Shown one piece after another: positions 11,886 through 26,004 of a stretch of 64,000 bases of DNA. The notes below the pieces were generated by a model that made no database searches, was not told where the DNA came from, and worked only from the letters and a program-made list of their open reading frames with translations. Both the position numbers and the translations under genes were made by a program. Source of the stretch: Octopus bimaculoides (Eukaryota); contig NC_069003.1 of the NCBI RefSeq assembly GCF_001194135.2, positions 21,420,460-21,484,459 of the forward strand, given 5' to 3'. Numbering within the stretch: position 1 is the first letter of the stretch; every line of letters starts with the position of its first letter.

Positions 11886-13312
11886 CTGAAATAAAAGGAA
11901 AAAAAGAGAATGATAAGATGAAGAGAAAGAGAGAGACTTAGTGGAGAGTGAAAATACAAAACTCAAATAATATAAGAATTGAATTTCATTTTTAGTTTCA
12001 ATTTCTGGATTATGACTATGGTCTGGTGTTTCATTTATCAAATGTTTCTGGTCAGTTTATATCAACATTAGCAATTATTTTATCAACCTCATAGGGACAA
12101 AAGTTGAAACCGGTGTAAATGAAAGGTGAACAAATACTACAAGGTATTTTAGTTTGCTGCACCAATTCCACCACTCTCTAATATACACATGCACAAAAAC
12201 ACATACACAGCTGTGTACATATGCACACAGATGTGAGAGAGGAATGAATCATCAGCTGCAAACACACATATATATATATATAGAGAGAGAGAGATGGTTA
12301 AATTTGAAAACAAGTGGAGAAAAGTACTCAATCCCAAAACTGTAGAGACCCACTCACTTGCCCACTTGACCATGCATGCATGGTTACCCCAGAGGATTAC
12401 AAATCTGAGGTTGCCTCAGTTCTAACAAATAACAAAACTCAAAAGAAAAAATATATTGGTCAATGTGAAAGTGACTTTGAGAAGACATGGCAATCAGCAG
12501 TCTTCCTTCCAACATGTAGACAAGAAGAAATCTACTAAGCTAGTTATATCTGGAATTTGAAGGTCAAAAATACTGCAAACACCATTAAGTAGAGGACAAC
12601 AGAATGATCCGAGCCATATGTTAATCGATCAAGGAGGTTCAGGCTTTGTATAACTGAAAGAACCCATAGCCTTTTTAAATTTAAAATCTTTACTGAGCTA
12701 AGACCCAAAAATTTTCACTGAATGCAAGTATCTTGATAAGTTTCAATTATCGAACTGGAAAAACCACACTTCATGGATTAATCTCACAAACTTTAATATT
12801 TCCCTGTTGAATTAACCACATTAACCATCGTTAATTCCCATCCTAATGGACCAAAGGGACACAACTCTCTCATCTCTCTTCCTTTCATGTGTTTTTTTTT
12901 CCCCCCATTTCTTTTTTTCATTCACTTTCCTCTCATTCTTGCTAGCTTTTTCCCAGAGAGCAACCATGTAGTACTCATGGTACACTATAGTGGCTTGTCC
13001 AATAATTGTACTATTAGAGCATGAAACTTATAGTGACTAATACTTAAACCCTGTATATATTAAACAATATTTATCTTTTGTTGGAACAAGTAGTATTTTT
13101 GTTGATCCTACTTATAATGGAACGGTTTGGCATTAGGAAAGGCATCTAGCTGAAGAAACAGGCCAAAGCTGGCACTGGAACTAAGCACAGGTGACCAGAT
13201 AGCCAAATTTTGTAAAACATCCAACCAATACCAGCATAGAAAAACCGATGTCAAACGATGATGGTGATGATGTGTGTTTGTATTAATAGTTGTCTTAATG
13301 TTCAGCTATATA

Positions 13313-13473
13313 GGCGCAGGCATGGCTGTGCTGTAGGAAGCCTGCTTCGCAACCACTTGGTTCCAGGTTCAGTCCCACTGTGTGGTACATTGGGCAAGTG
13401 TCTTCTACTATAGCCTCAGACCAACCTAAGCCTTGTAAGTGGATTTGGTTGTTAGAAACTGAAAGAAACCCAT

Positions 13474-13513
<40 letters not shown>

Positions 13514-13720
13514 TGTATCTTTGTCACCTACCACAGCTTGACAACTGGTGTTGGTGTGTTTATATCCCCAAAACTTAGCAGTTCAGCAAAAAGAGACTGA
13601 CAGACTATGTACCAGGCTTTAAAAAAAAATTAAGTCCTGGAGTCAATTCATTCAACTAAAATAATCATCAGAGCAGTGCCCCAGTATGACCACAGTCTAA
13701 TGAGTGAAAGAAGATAGAGA
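13313..13720 (+). mobile_element. Full-length SINE family A
   Basis: Same head, body, (GT)n and tail order as the 9098 copy, more diverged. Confidence 0.88.
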
Positions 13721-14639
13721 AAATGGCCTGTGAGCTTCTGCATAATCCAGTTTCACTCAAGGCAATGGCTGAACCAAGGTGAGAGAAGAAAATCCCCATG
13801 CTCAAGCTGCCACATGGTTACATTGAACCTAGAACCAAGTGATTACAAGTGAATCTCTTAACAATGCCTACACACCGATGACGACGAAGAGGATGAGGAG
13901 GAAGTGGAGGAGGTGGTGAAATTGAGGAGGCGGTGAAATGGAGGAGGCAGTGAACAAAATAAAATGATAAATGAATCAATAAATTAACACACTTGTTTTT
14001 AAACGAGATGACGGAGTTGAATGGGTCAGTGATCAGAGGAGAATAATTGGATTGCTAAGTGGATCATAGATAAAAGTACACACACACAATACATACATAT
14101 ATATACATATATACATACATACACACACACGTACATACATACATGTGTGTATATGTATGTATATATGTATTAATATCTATGAAAGAAAGAAAATGGAATT
14201 CACGAGACTCTTTACATTATTCACAACAATTGTTTCAACCCATTGTGCACCTTGCCTCACTGGTGCATCACAGGTACAGATGTGTCTTGTCAGGTGACTT
14301 GTCAAAAGGTACCTCATTTTTTAATCTCCATTTCACTTATTTCTATTACAATACATTGTGGTGGTAGTAGTAGTAGTAGTAGTACTAGTAGTACAAGGTG
14401 TACACCCAAGTATAAAATTATTAATATCTATATACACATATATGTATATAGGACAATCATTCCAGAAGTTTTAAGGCTTTCTTTTTAGGAGAGGCAGTTA
14501 TATACTGGTCTTGGATTACTGTAAAATTAATATATCATTACTATACATCTAATAAGCTGACTTGCCTACCGTTGTTATTCCAGATTGAAGTAGTGTATTC
14601 AAAGTCCTGTAACACACTTTGAACACATCCTACTAAGCA

Positions 14640-15065
14640 CTGCTTCTCACAGTTGACTAGTTTGGAGAATGCAGTCAGGATGTGAAGACAATTTGGAAGA
14701 TTGTTATGTAATAAATTTTTCTGTTTAACTGGGTAAAAACCCAACAGAGACTTATGAAATGCTCCAGATTGCTTATGGATTAACTTGTATAAGCTGAGCA
14801 CAAGAGGCCAGGCAAAGCACAGCCATGGGGAAACTCATAATGATTCCCTTTTTCCACAGCAAGGGCATCATCTATATCCACTGGGTTTCCTCTGGACAGA
14901 CAGTCAACAAAGAATACTTTGTGGAGGTTTAGAAGGCAAAGATTTCATCACAATAACCAGAGCTCTTCTACTTGGGTTGGTGGCACCTGCACCAGGACAA
15001 TGCACCAGTCCATAACTCCATCCTGGCAACCAGCTACTTAACAGAGATGATCATGAAAACTGTCC
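14640..15065 (+). mobile_element. Internally deleted mariner (second family)
   Basis: KFFCLTG*KPTETYEMLQIAYG (HTH start) joined to KLIMIPFFHSKGIIYIHWVSSGQTVNKEYFVEV and WHLHQDNAPVHNS (DDD domain). Confidence 0.8.
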
Positions 15066-17201
15066 TTATTTTGTTGGTCTCTCTTTTGCCAAACTGCTAT
15101 GTAATGGGGATGTAAACAAACAAACACTGGTTATCAAGGGATGGTGGGAGACAAGCACAAACATAAAGACAAACACCTACATATATTTTAAAAATTAATA
15201 ATTAATTTCCTTTAAAAATTAATTTTGTTTATCTGCTTTTGTTACTAAATTTTGTTACTAAATTTCCAACAAATTTCACTGCTTATGTGTTTTCATTATC
15301 TTCCAAAATAATTAAGAATTTGATTGGACTTAACAAAATAATTTAATGAAATATTACTAAGTGGTCTATTAAGTCAGTGTTTCAAATGTAGCTAACATAA
15401 GGTTCATATATAAAATTATCATAGTTAGTCCACATTACTCTGTAAGGAACACAGGACTAGTTTCCCAATTTCTCTTACGTATATATTCTTCCCTGGATGG
15501 GGATGCTGGCCTGTTATAGGATTACTCATTTTTGCAGACTGAGTGGACTGGAGCAACATAAAATCAACAAAAACACAATGCATTATCCGGTCCAGGAATT
15601 GAAACCACAATCTTACGATCATGAGTTAACACCCTAACCATTTAACCATGTGCCTCCACCATAAAATTTACCATAGGAGGTTTTCGTTTATAAATATAAA
15701 CATTTTAAATTACATGTGTCTACTACTTGCTGGGCTTGCTATTTGAGNNNNNNNNNNNNNNNNNNNNNNNNNNNNNNNNNNNNNNNNNNNNNNNNNNNNN
15801 NNNNNNNNNNNNNNNNNNNNNNNNNNNNNNNNNNNNNNNNNNNNNNNNNNNNNNNNNNNNNNNNNNNNNNNNNNNNNNNNNNNNNNNNNNNNNNNNNNNN
15901 NNNNNNNNNNNNNNNNNNNNNNNNNNNNNNNNNNNNNNNNNNNNNNNNNNNNNNNNNNNNNNNNNNNNNNNNNNNNNNNNNNNNNNNNNNNNNNNNNNNN
16001 NNNNNNNNNNNNNNNNNNNNNNNNNNNNNNNNNNNNNNNNNNNNNNNNNNNNNNNNNNNNNNNNNNNNNNNNNNNNNNNNNNNNNNNNNNNNNNNNNNNN
16101 NNNNNNNNNNNNNNNNNNNNNNNNNNNNNNNNNNNNNNNNNNNNNNNNNNNNNNTATATATATATATATATATCCATCTACCAAATTGACTCACAAGACT
16201 TTCGTTAGCCAGAGGCTATAGTAGAAGACACTTGCCCAAGGCGCCACACAGTGGGATTGAACCTGGAACCATGTGGTTGGGAAGCAAGCTTCTTATAACA
16301 CAGCAACACCTGTGCCTTATTATTAGCTAGGTGTTATTTTTTTTTTAACAAACTGTCAATGTCATCTCATCATCACATCTTACCACTATTTCAGAACTTA
16401 GTTCCACTTCCCGTTTCTCTTGATTTATAATTTACCAACATCGGTTCGTGCCTGATGCTCTGCAACACAAACTTTTGGCTGACATTAATGTGCAAAGATT
16501 GTAGGAAGATTTATTTGCCTTTGCAACTATCTCACTTCCTTATTGATCAACATTTTGGTAGGAAGCTAAAAGACAGAAATCTATCAGTTTCTATCAGATA
16601 TTTATTCTTTTATTATTTTACTTGCTTCAAGCACTGGACTCTGACCATGCTGGGGCACCCCACTCAGTGACTTCAATCAAGTGATTTGACCAGAGTACAT
16701 AGTGTGGTATACTCTTTTATTGATCATTATTTGTCAAATGACTAGGTTCACCTGACTTACATCCCTTTGAAGATTTATCTCTATTTTTACTACAGAGTAT
16801 TTGTAATGGTTTATACAAAAACAGATGCAATCATACATTGATGAAGATATAACATCATTATCATTGTTTTGAGGTCTATTTGCCCATGTTTGCATGGGTC
16901 AGACAAGAGTACATTGGGGAAGAGTTTCTACAGCCAGATACCCTTCAAGTGAAGTAACAATATCCCCGTCTGTCGGACATGGTTATGAGGAGAACCATAA
17001 ACAAATGACACCCTACACATGAGCCTTTTATTTGCAAAGATTCCACATGTCAAGACATGTCAGGAAACCTGGACATGCATTCATTCCACCCGCTCCCAAA
17101 AAAGCAACATTACTAACAAATTTGTGCTGCTTCACCTCTCTTTATTTCTACTCTTTAGTTATCATATTTCTGTTGAAATACACTGCTGTTGTTTCAGTTA
17201 A

Positions 17202-17414
17202 CCCTTTAGCATTCACATTACTCTGTTAGATGTAATGCTTATTTATTCACATTGTTTTGAATTAATCATGTATTATCTTGTAGCTTTGAGATTTTGATGA
17301 TATGGTAGTTTATTTTTAGAATGACATTGTGGAGTGAGAGGCCCAATATAGTTGGTTGAACATAAAACAGATAAAATATTTGGACAGGATATGGCCAGTT
17401 TAAATGCTAAAGGG
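17202..17414. mobile_element. TTAA-MITE family B inserted in a family A MITE
   Basis: Perfect 12-bp TIR CCCTTTAGCATT/AATGCTAAAGGG with TTAA at 17198-17201 and 17415-17418. Family A body continues on both sides (~17150-17590). Confidence 0.9.
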
Positions 17415-18269
17415 TTAAAGGAAAGGAAGAAGTTAGTTAAATGACTTTGTCATAATCAAGCTGATGTTTGGAACATAAATTAACATGGAAGTTTGATGGA
17501 ATGTTTTAATTTAGATCACTTCAAAATAGAGTTTGTATCATTAGAACCAGGACTGGTCTCAGGCAGGTTGGTCACCAAAGGATTAAATAAGAAATCAGCA
17601 GAGAGTCAACATCCTTGTCATTTTTCTGCCTTCACAATGAAGTTGGATCCCTTTAACATTTAATCAGGCCATATCCAACCAAATATTCTACTAGTTTTAT
17701 GTTCAAACTGTCCAGCTCTAGCCTCTTACACCTACCATTTCAAAGTCATTCTAAAAGTAAGCAACCACATCATCAAAATCTTAAAGCAACATATTAATAC
17801 ATATTAATACATGATAAATTCAAAACAATGCAAGAAACAAGCATTACATTTGACAAAGAAATCTAAATGCTAAAGGGTTAGAGACCATTTAATTGTTATT
17901 GAAAATGGTAATTTGTTCATTGCTATATTTTCAACCATCACACTCCCCTCTCCACCATCATGGAAGTCCCTTAAGATGCATTAGATGACTTGAACTAAAC
18001 ACATCCAACCTCAAAATAGCTTATTAGGCAGTTGAATGAAATATTGGTTTCAAATTTTAGCACAAGGCCAGCAACTTCGGGGGAAGGGATAAGTTAATTA
18101 CATTGACCCCAGTGCTCAACTGGTGCTTATTTTATCAACCCCCCAAAAGAATGACAGGCAAAGTCAAACTCAGCAGATTTTGAACTTGGAACGTAATGAT
18201 GGACAAAATGCAGCAAAGCATTTTGCCCTATGTGCTAACAATTCTGCCAGCTCACCGCCTTTGTTGAAT

Positions 18270-18500
18270 CAAATATTAGATGGCTAAACTATCATATTAT
18301 ATGACTAAACTAAACATATTTGATGGCTTAAACTAAACACTTCAGATGAGCAAATATTAGATGAGTGGATTAAACGTGTAAGACGGCCTGAACCAAATAT
18401 TAGATGGCTGGACTAAACTGAACACAACAGCGCATGGTCCAAACTAAACATATTACAAGGCTTAACTAAACACATTAGATGACTTAAACACAAATGCATT
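18270..18500. repeat. Degenerate ~20-25 bp minisatellite (AACTAAACA(T/C)ATTAGATGGCTT-like)
   Basis: Recurring ACTAAAC and ATATTAGATG motifs. A related unit at ~17980-18000 lies on the other side of a SINE B copy (~18050-18260). Confidence 0.55.
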
Positions 18501-18680
18501 ACGTAAGTGAAGCAAGCACATTTAATGTGAAAGGATTAACGGAAAGAGGCGCCAGGTCTGTGGTAAATGAAGATTTTGTCCGAGACAATAACGGAATCAA
18601 TCAATCAATCACCTCAGGATAGACAAACAACAACACGAAACAGCATCACAATGATATTACTACCACAGACTAATATTAAC

Positions 18681-18714
<34 letters not shown>

Positions 18715-19903
18715 TTGATGTCACTGTGTGTCTGAGTAGTGTTGAAGCAATAGTAACAATAACAATAATTAGGATGATGATGATGATGATAATCTAATCA
18801 GCTAATCTATTATAAAGAGGCTTAATGCTAATGCAATGATTTCATGGTTGGACCAACACACACACACACACACGATCAATGGAGATTTACATATACATCC
18901 ACATTTTAGAGAAACAGTGCTAATAATACACATGTTTCTTTGTTTTGCAACCCATAGTTATATGCACACACACACATATATATATACACACATGCAAGTA
19001 AAAATACATGATGACACACACACACACACACATACATATATATACATATATATACATGCAAGTAAAAATACACTGTCACAAACACACACACATAATTATA
19101 GTATTAAGATAGCAGTAGCTTCTAGAAGTCCACAGCTCCTCCTGACAAGAAACAACAGCAACAACAACAATTTGATTCAAGTAGGAAGTCTCTCTGTTGT
19201 CTTTGAGCTTACTAGAAATAGCAGCCAAACTTCACATCACAATTCGCTGTTTTTTAAAAGCTGACCACTTATAGATAATGTGGTCTTAGACATTTTAAAA
19301 AGAGATAGAGAAAGAGAGGATGGCCATGGTTGGAGTCTATGACCATAGGTCTTCACAGTCAGGATTGACCTGGGGTTAACGAGCACCAGCAAGCAAAGAT
19401 GTAGCAGCAGTGACAACAATCACCATGAGTCAGTGAGGGTGCCTCTACATGGCCACTTGTTTGGCTAGAAATAGCAACTAAATCTTCCTCAACACACACC
19501 TTACTGCTTTTAGAGAAATAAAAACACATGAAATAATGTGGCCCTGACATCTCTACAGACTGCAGGGGTAAAAAAAAAAATGGAGAAAAAGACTGGTCAT
19601 GGCTGTTCTGGATCAGTTCAGTTGGGGTTGATCTCCGGATAAGCAACAGCAAGAACAAGAACAGCAACTATCATAAGAGAACACCACCGACACCACCACC
19701 ACCACCAAGAGCAACAACAGTAACAAGCTTATCAACAATGCTAAAAACTGATTAGAAAACAACAACAATAAACGAGATGTTTAAAGCTATTTATTGATTT
19801 GCAAATTAAGGGGATCAATGCCAATTAGGAGAGATAAACGAGTGAGAAGGGAAATAAATCAACACAATTCCAAAAGTTATTCATAATATACATGGATTGA
19901 AGG

Positions 19904-19942
<39 letters not shown>

Positions 19943-19979
19943 ATATATGTATGTATGTATATATATGTGTATGTGTGTG

Positions 19980-20077
<98 letters not shown>

Positions 20078-20823
20078 TAGATATATGTATGTATATATGG
20101 ATATATATATATGTATGTATATATGGTTATATATATATATGTATATATATGGATATATATGTATGTATGTATATATATGTATGCATGTGTATATATGTAT
20201 GTACATATATGGGCATGTTTAAATGCACATATACACACACACATATTCATGCAAAAACAAATACACACACAAACACATGTATACATACAGACACATCTAC
20301 ACACAGAAAACACAGAAGTACATATTCACACACACACATAGAAACAACCGGAATTGTGGAGGAGTAGATTTTTCTACTTCAATGCAAATGTTTTGTAGCT
20401 TGTTTTTAAACTGATTGATTGATTAACAATGTTGCTATTGCTGTTGTAGTGTTGTTCCTTCTTTCCTTTTCATCCATGAGTCACCCAGGGTTTTAATATA
20501 AGGTATGCCACACCCTTGTGGGACTTAAGAGGCAGACTAAAAGGTTTTAGTGACAGGAAGGATGGTAGCCAACCATAGAGCACTGCACCATGACGAATAA
20601 AATGAAAGATTGTTGGAGTGTGATGGAGGGGGGAGGGTCCTGGTCACTACAACTCTAACCTACCCACACCCCACACACTTCAGCAAAGGGGTGCAGGGAG
20701 CCCTTAAAACTGTTTGTTTGTTTTAGCATTTTTTTTTTTTTTTTTTTTTTTTGGTTGTGACATTAGAGTGGAGAAATGGTTGAGGTGAGTGGGGAGGTAG
20801 TTTTAAATATCATTTCATCAGAG

Positions 20824-21270
20824 TCAATTATACAACAGAACATATTTTAAATTATAATATTTAAATACAAGGAAGCAGAAGAAAAAAAACAAAAACGGGA
20901 CGATAAAAGGGAAAATAAAGAAACGGTGGGGATGGGGAAAAGCAGCAGAAGATGGAGGAAGATGGGAGTCATAGGCTATGTACCCCAGAACATATGGTGT
21001 GTCCAGCCATGCCCTGCAGTAATGACCATGATGGCATTGCCACAGAGAATGACCAGCGATACTCACTGCAGCAGCCACTCCACCACTCAGGGCTCAAGTG
21101 GTTGACATGCAAAGGGTCAGGAGTTCAAAACTTGTTAGAACCTTCTATGTTTTTGTGGCTTTATTTCCCACCCACCCTTCTTTTTCATTCTTTTTTATCT
21201 TCCTTTTTTATTTCTTTTTTTTTTTGTATTTAAATGTTATATTTTAAAATGTGGTCTGTTGTATAATTGA
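20824..21270. mobile_element. Foldback-like element with ~47-bp inverted termini
   Basis: 20824-20870 and 21224-21270 are reverse complements with ~5 mismatches; no TSD seen. Confidence 0.5.
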
Positions 21271-21329
21271 TTGTAGAAATAAAACTTTTGTCAGTGTAGG
21301 CTTTAAACCAGTGAAAGAATCCCCACTGT

Positions 21330-21829
21330 TATAGATGCAGGCATGATTGTGCGGTAAGAAGCTTGTTTCCTGACCACATGGTTCCAGGTAAAGTCCCACT
21401 GCATTGCAACTTAGGTAAGTGTCTTTGACTATAGTCTTGGGCTGACCAAAGCTTTGTGACTGGATTTAGTAGAAAAACCCCCAAAAGAAGCGCATTGTGT
21501 GTATTATATATATATAGGCGCAGGAGTGGTTGTGTGGTAAGTAGCTTGCTTACCAACCACATGGTTCCGGGTTCAGTCCCACTGCGTGGCACCTTGGGCA
21601 AGTGTCTTCTACTATAGCCTCCAGCCGACGAGAGCCTTGTGAGTGGATTTGGTAGACGGAAACTGAAAGAAGCTCGTCGTATATATGTATATGTGTTTGT
21701 GCGTCTGTGTTTGTCCCCCGCACCATTGCTTGACAACCGATGCTGGTGTGTTTACGTCCCCGTAACATTAGCAGTTCGGCAAAAAGTGCCCGATAGAATA
21801 AGTACTAGGCTTACAAAGAATAAGTCCCG
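21330..21829 (+). mobile_element. Two tandem SINE family A copies (older 5' half, then a young copy running into a gap)
   Basis: Heads at ~21330 and 21517. Confidence 0.85.
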
Positions 21830-21951
21830 NNNNNNNNNNNNNNNNNNNNNNNNNNNNNNNNNNNNNNNNNNNNNNNNNNNNNNNNNNNNNNNNNNNNNNN
21901 NNNNNNNNNNNNNNNNNNNNNNNNNNNNNNNNNNNNNNNNNNNNNNNNNNN

Positions 21952-22166
21952 GGCACATAAAAGACACCATTTCGAGCGTGGCCGTTTTCGTGCGGGTGAC
22001 ACGTAAAAGCACCCACTACACTCTCTGAGTGGTTGGCGTTAGGAAGGGCATCCAGCTGTAGAAACTCTGCCAAATTAGATTGGAGCCTGGTGTTGCCATC
22101 TGGTTTCACCAGTCCTCAGTCAAATCGTCCAACCCATGCTAGCATGGAAAGCGGACGTTAAACGAC

Positions 22167-22198
<32 letters not shown>
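21952..22198 (+). mobile_element. RTE LINE 3' UTR with (GAT)n tail
   Basis: GGTTGGCGTTAGGAAGGGCATCC...GCATGGAAAGCGGACGTTAAAC(GAT)n; repeat units match the 3' UTR behind the RTE ORF end at 53075-53630. Confidence 0.85.
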
Positions 22199-22199
<1 letters not shown>

Positions 22200-22426
22200 A
22201 TATATGCATGTCTTTGTGTCTATGTTTGTTCCCTGCTACTGTTCGACAACTGCCAAAGAGCTTTGCAGCAGTAGCTTCTTTTATTGGTTAAGTCATGGCA
22301 TACAGGTGATGTGATCCTTAAAGCCAACATTGTAGTGGAGGGCGGGGGGAGCTGTGTCAAAAATGAAACCAACTGTAACTTTCTCACTAACCATAATAAA
22401 GGATATACTGCTCACTCACTCACTCA

Positions 22427-22459
<33 letters not shown>

Positions 22460-22678
22460 TAAATATATATATTTTTTAACCAAAAAATTTGGTAAAAAAT
22501 ATAGTATCTGTTAACAATCTTAGCAAAAAACTCACAGTTGAGTTTTTGAATATATATCAACTTTAAATAGAGCTCAAAATCGAAATGTACATAGGTCTAT
22601 TTATTTGTTATTATTATTGTTATTGTTGTTGCAATAAAGTATTTTCAACGGATCAATTTTGAGCTCTATTTAAAGTTG

Positions 22679-22723
<45 letters not shown>

Positions 22724-22819
22724 NNNNNNNNNNNNNNNNNNNNNNNNNNNNNNNNNNNNNNNNNNNNNNNNNNNNNATATATACCGGAGTAAGCAACAAG
22801 GTGCTGCTTTTAAATAAAG

Positions 22820-22850
<31 letters not shown>

Positions 22851-23308
22851 GTTGTAGGCTGGCAGAATCATTAGCACACTGGGCAATATGCTTAGTGCCA
22901 TTTCGTCCATCTTCAAAATCTACTGAGGTTCACTGTGCTTTCTATCCTTTTGAGGTTGTTAAAATAAATACCAGTTGAGCACTGGGGTTGATGTATTCGG
23001 CTGACGCCTTCCACCACAATTACTGACCTTGTGTGAAAATTTGAAACATATATATATATATATATATATGCACACGTACACATGCATATGGTGAGGGGAA
23101 GAGTCATACAAATACAGATATAAACACACCCACACACACCCTGTACACTAATCATGAACATCTAATCGGTTAGAATGAGCTTTTGTGATTATAAAACTCT
23201 GAGCAATAGCTGAATCATTTGTTAGCTAATCAGTTACATACATGTGTATGTGAGTGTAAGCATATTATGTATACGTACATGTATATATGTGTATGTATAT
23301 ATATATAA

Positions 23309-23356
<48 letters not shown>

Positions 23357-23397
23357 NNNNNNNNNNNNNNNNNNNNNNNNNNNNNNNNNNNNNNNNN

Positions 23398-23459
<62 letters not shown>

Positions 23460-23576
23460 TACATATATATACACATGTTAAACGATGATGATAATGACAC
23501 TCATTATTATATTAGGGAATGTATACAAATGCACACACTTACTCATCACAAACATATGACTGAGTAACTGCCTACC

Positions 23577-23618
<42 letters not shown>

Positions 23619-24362
23619 NNNNNNNNNNNNNNNNNNNNNNNNNNNNNNNNNNNNNNNNNNNNNNNNNNNNNNNNNNNNNNNNNNNNNNNNNNNNNNNNNN
23701 NNNNNNNNNNNNNNNNNNNNNNNNNNNNNNNNNNNNNNNNNNNNNNNNNNNNNNNNNNNNNNNNNNNNNNNNNNNNNNNNNNNNNNNNNNNNNNNNNNNN
23801 NNNNNNNNNNNNNNNNNNNNNNNNNNNNNNNNNNNNNNNNNNNNNNNNNNNNNNNNNNNNNNNNNNNNNNNNNNNNNNNNNNNNNNNNNNNNNNNNNNNN
23901 NNNNNNNNNNNNNNNNNNNNNNNNNNNNNNNNNNNNNNNNNNNNNNNNNNNNNNNNNNNNNNNNNNNNNNNNNNNNNNNNNNNNNNNNNNNNNNNNNNNN
24001 NNNNNNNNNNNNNNNNNNNNNNNNNNNNNNNNNNNNNNNNNNNNNNNNNNNNNNNNNNNNNNNNNNNNNNNNNNNNNNNNNNNNNNNNNNNNNNNNNNNN
24101 NNNNNNNNNNNNGATGCCAAACCAGCAGGGGGACACTGCTGACCTCCCCTGTTCGAGGGTTATAAAGGACACAGGTTTCGTGTGTCACATAGCTAGCTAG
24201 AGGCGATGGCTTCTTGGAGCTAATTCACGGCAGCTTTCGTCCTAATTTTGGGACTGCCATGTTGGCTTGGCGATAACTATTAATTTCCAGTACCGCTGCC
24301 GTAGTCTCCTTTAGAGAGACTTAGAAATATTAATAACTCTATATATATATATATATATATAT

Positions 24363-24705
24363 CTTGACTCCATCGGTCATGAATGATCATGGGTCCACCA
24401 AAGAGCTTCCCCTCTGGGGTACAAATCTTAGTGGAAAGTCGCCACACCAGCAAATGCACAACCTAAGATTGTTTTTTATGGAAGACCAGCAGTCGCTCAT
24501 GCATACCAGCCTCCCCTCTTCGTGCCACAGATGTTATCCAAGGGAAAGGCAAAGGGGCCAATACAGTTTGGCACCAGTGACGCCTCAACTCATTTCTACA
24601 GCTGGAGCAATGTGAAATAAAGTGTCTTGCTCAAGAACACAACACACAACCTGGTCCAGGAATTGAACACACAACCTCAAAATTGTAAGCTCAACACTAG
24701 CTACA
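24363..24705 (-). mobile_element. SINE family E
   Basis: Reverse complement collinear with 26005-26318. Confidence 0.8.
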
Positions 24706-26004
24706 GAGTCATGCACCTTTACACACACACATATATATATATTATATATATACATATACAGAGAGGCACAGGTGGAGTAAGAAAGGCAAGTGGTGGTTAC
24801 AATACTTAATACTCATGAGACAATATGGAGGTATTTTTGTTGTATGAAGTTTGGCCAACCCTTGTTAACATGAATGGAAAGAGAGAAAGAGAGAAAGAAA
24901 GGGAGAGAGCAAGGGAGTGAGAGAGAAAAGGAGAGAGGAATAAAGAAGAAAGGTGGAATGTATGTGTGAGTGTGCCTGCTCCTTCATCTGTTTGGCAAAG
25001 TTTTGCATTTAGATAAAGGGCATTCTGTCGACTGAATACACACACATGCATGAGTACATGTGTACATGTGTATATACACACACACACATATACCATGTGT
25101 GCATATACGTGCTATTGAAATAATAATACAACTGCTGCTGTCTCCAGCTGCAGTGGCCTCAGTCATCAATAAACGGAGTTGGAGGTGCATGGCAAACGAC
25201 TTTGATACTGTTAACAGTGAAATCAATAGCGCATGTGTTTATTAAATGGCCAATATCGATTCCAGTGAAATGCAATCACACACCTAGATGCATGCACATA
25301 CACACACACACAGCTATGTGCAAATACTTCTACCAGAAGGTCTTACACACACACACACACTCACTCATCATATTCAATGAACATGTTTGTAAAGAATTAA
25401 GATCTTAGCTAGTAGTTACGGTTGATTAACTTCAAGTCAACCCTGACTGAACAGACTTATGATCAAAGAAATTCTCACTGAGACAACTATCTCATCTTTT
25501 ATTCAGCCGATGTGTGTGTGTGTGTGTTTGTGTGTAGGAATGACTACATTTACTCTTGATGTGTCCTGTTTTATAAGAAGTTACAGAGCTTTATCTTAAC
25601 AAGATTTCGCTACTATTTCTAGCAGAGAGGCACCTTCGTTAGTGGACGTCATTGCAGTTGATTAGTCTCAGGTCAATTCTGATTAAACAGACTTACGATC
25701 AAAGATGTTCCACCACAGTGAAACCCAACCCTTCTTTTACTCAGGCATAGTGTATATCGGACTACATTATCTAATGTGTCATCTCACGTTTAAGGTGAGT
25801 CAGATACTGCTGTTGTTTCTAACTCGTTGGTTTGGCCGCATAGGGGCCAACCAGAAGATGTAAGTTTGATTTTGCACCAGGCTCTGCTTGTCTTTCATTA
25901 TCTTGATTAAAATATATTGTGAGTGATTGAAGCAGTGTGAGAGTGATGTGGGTGAGTGGGTAAGGGTGGGAAATGTAATTGAGTGAGTAAGCGAATGTGT
26001 GTGA

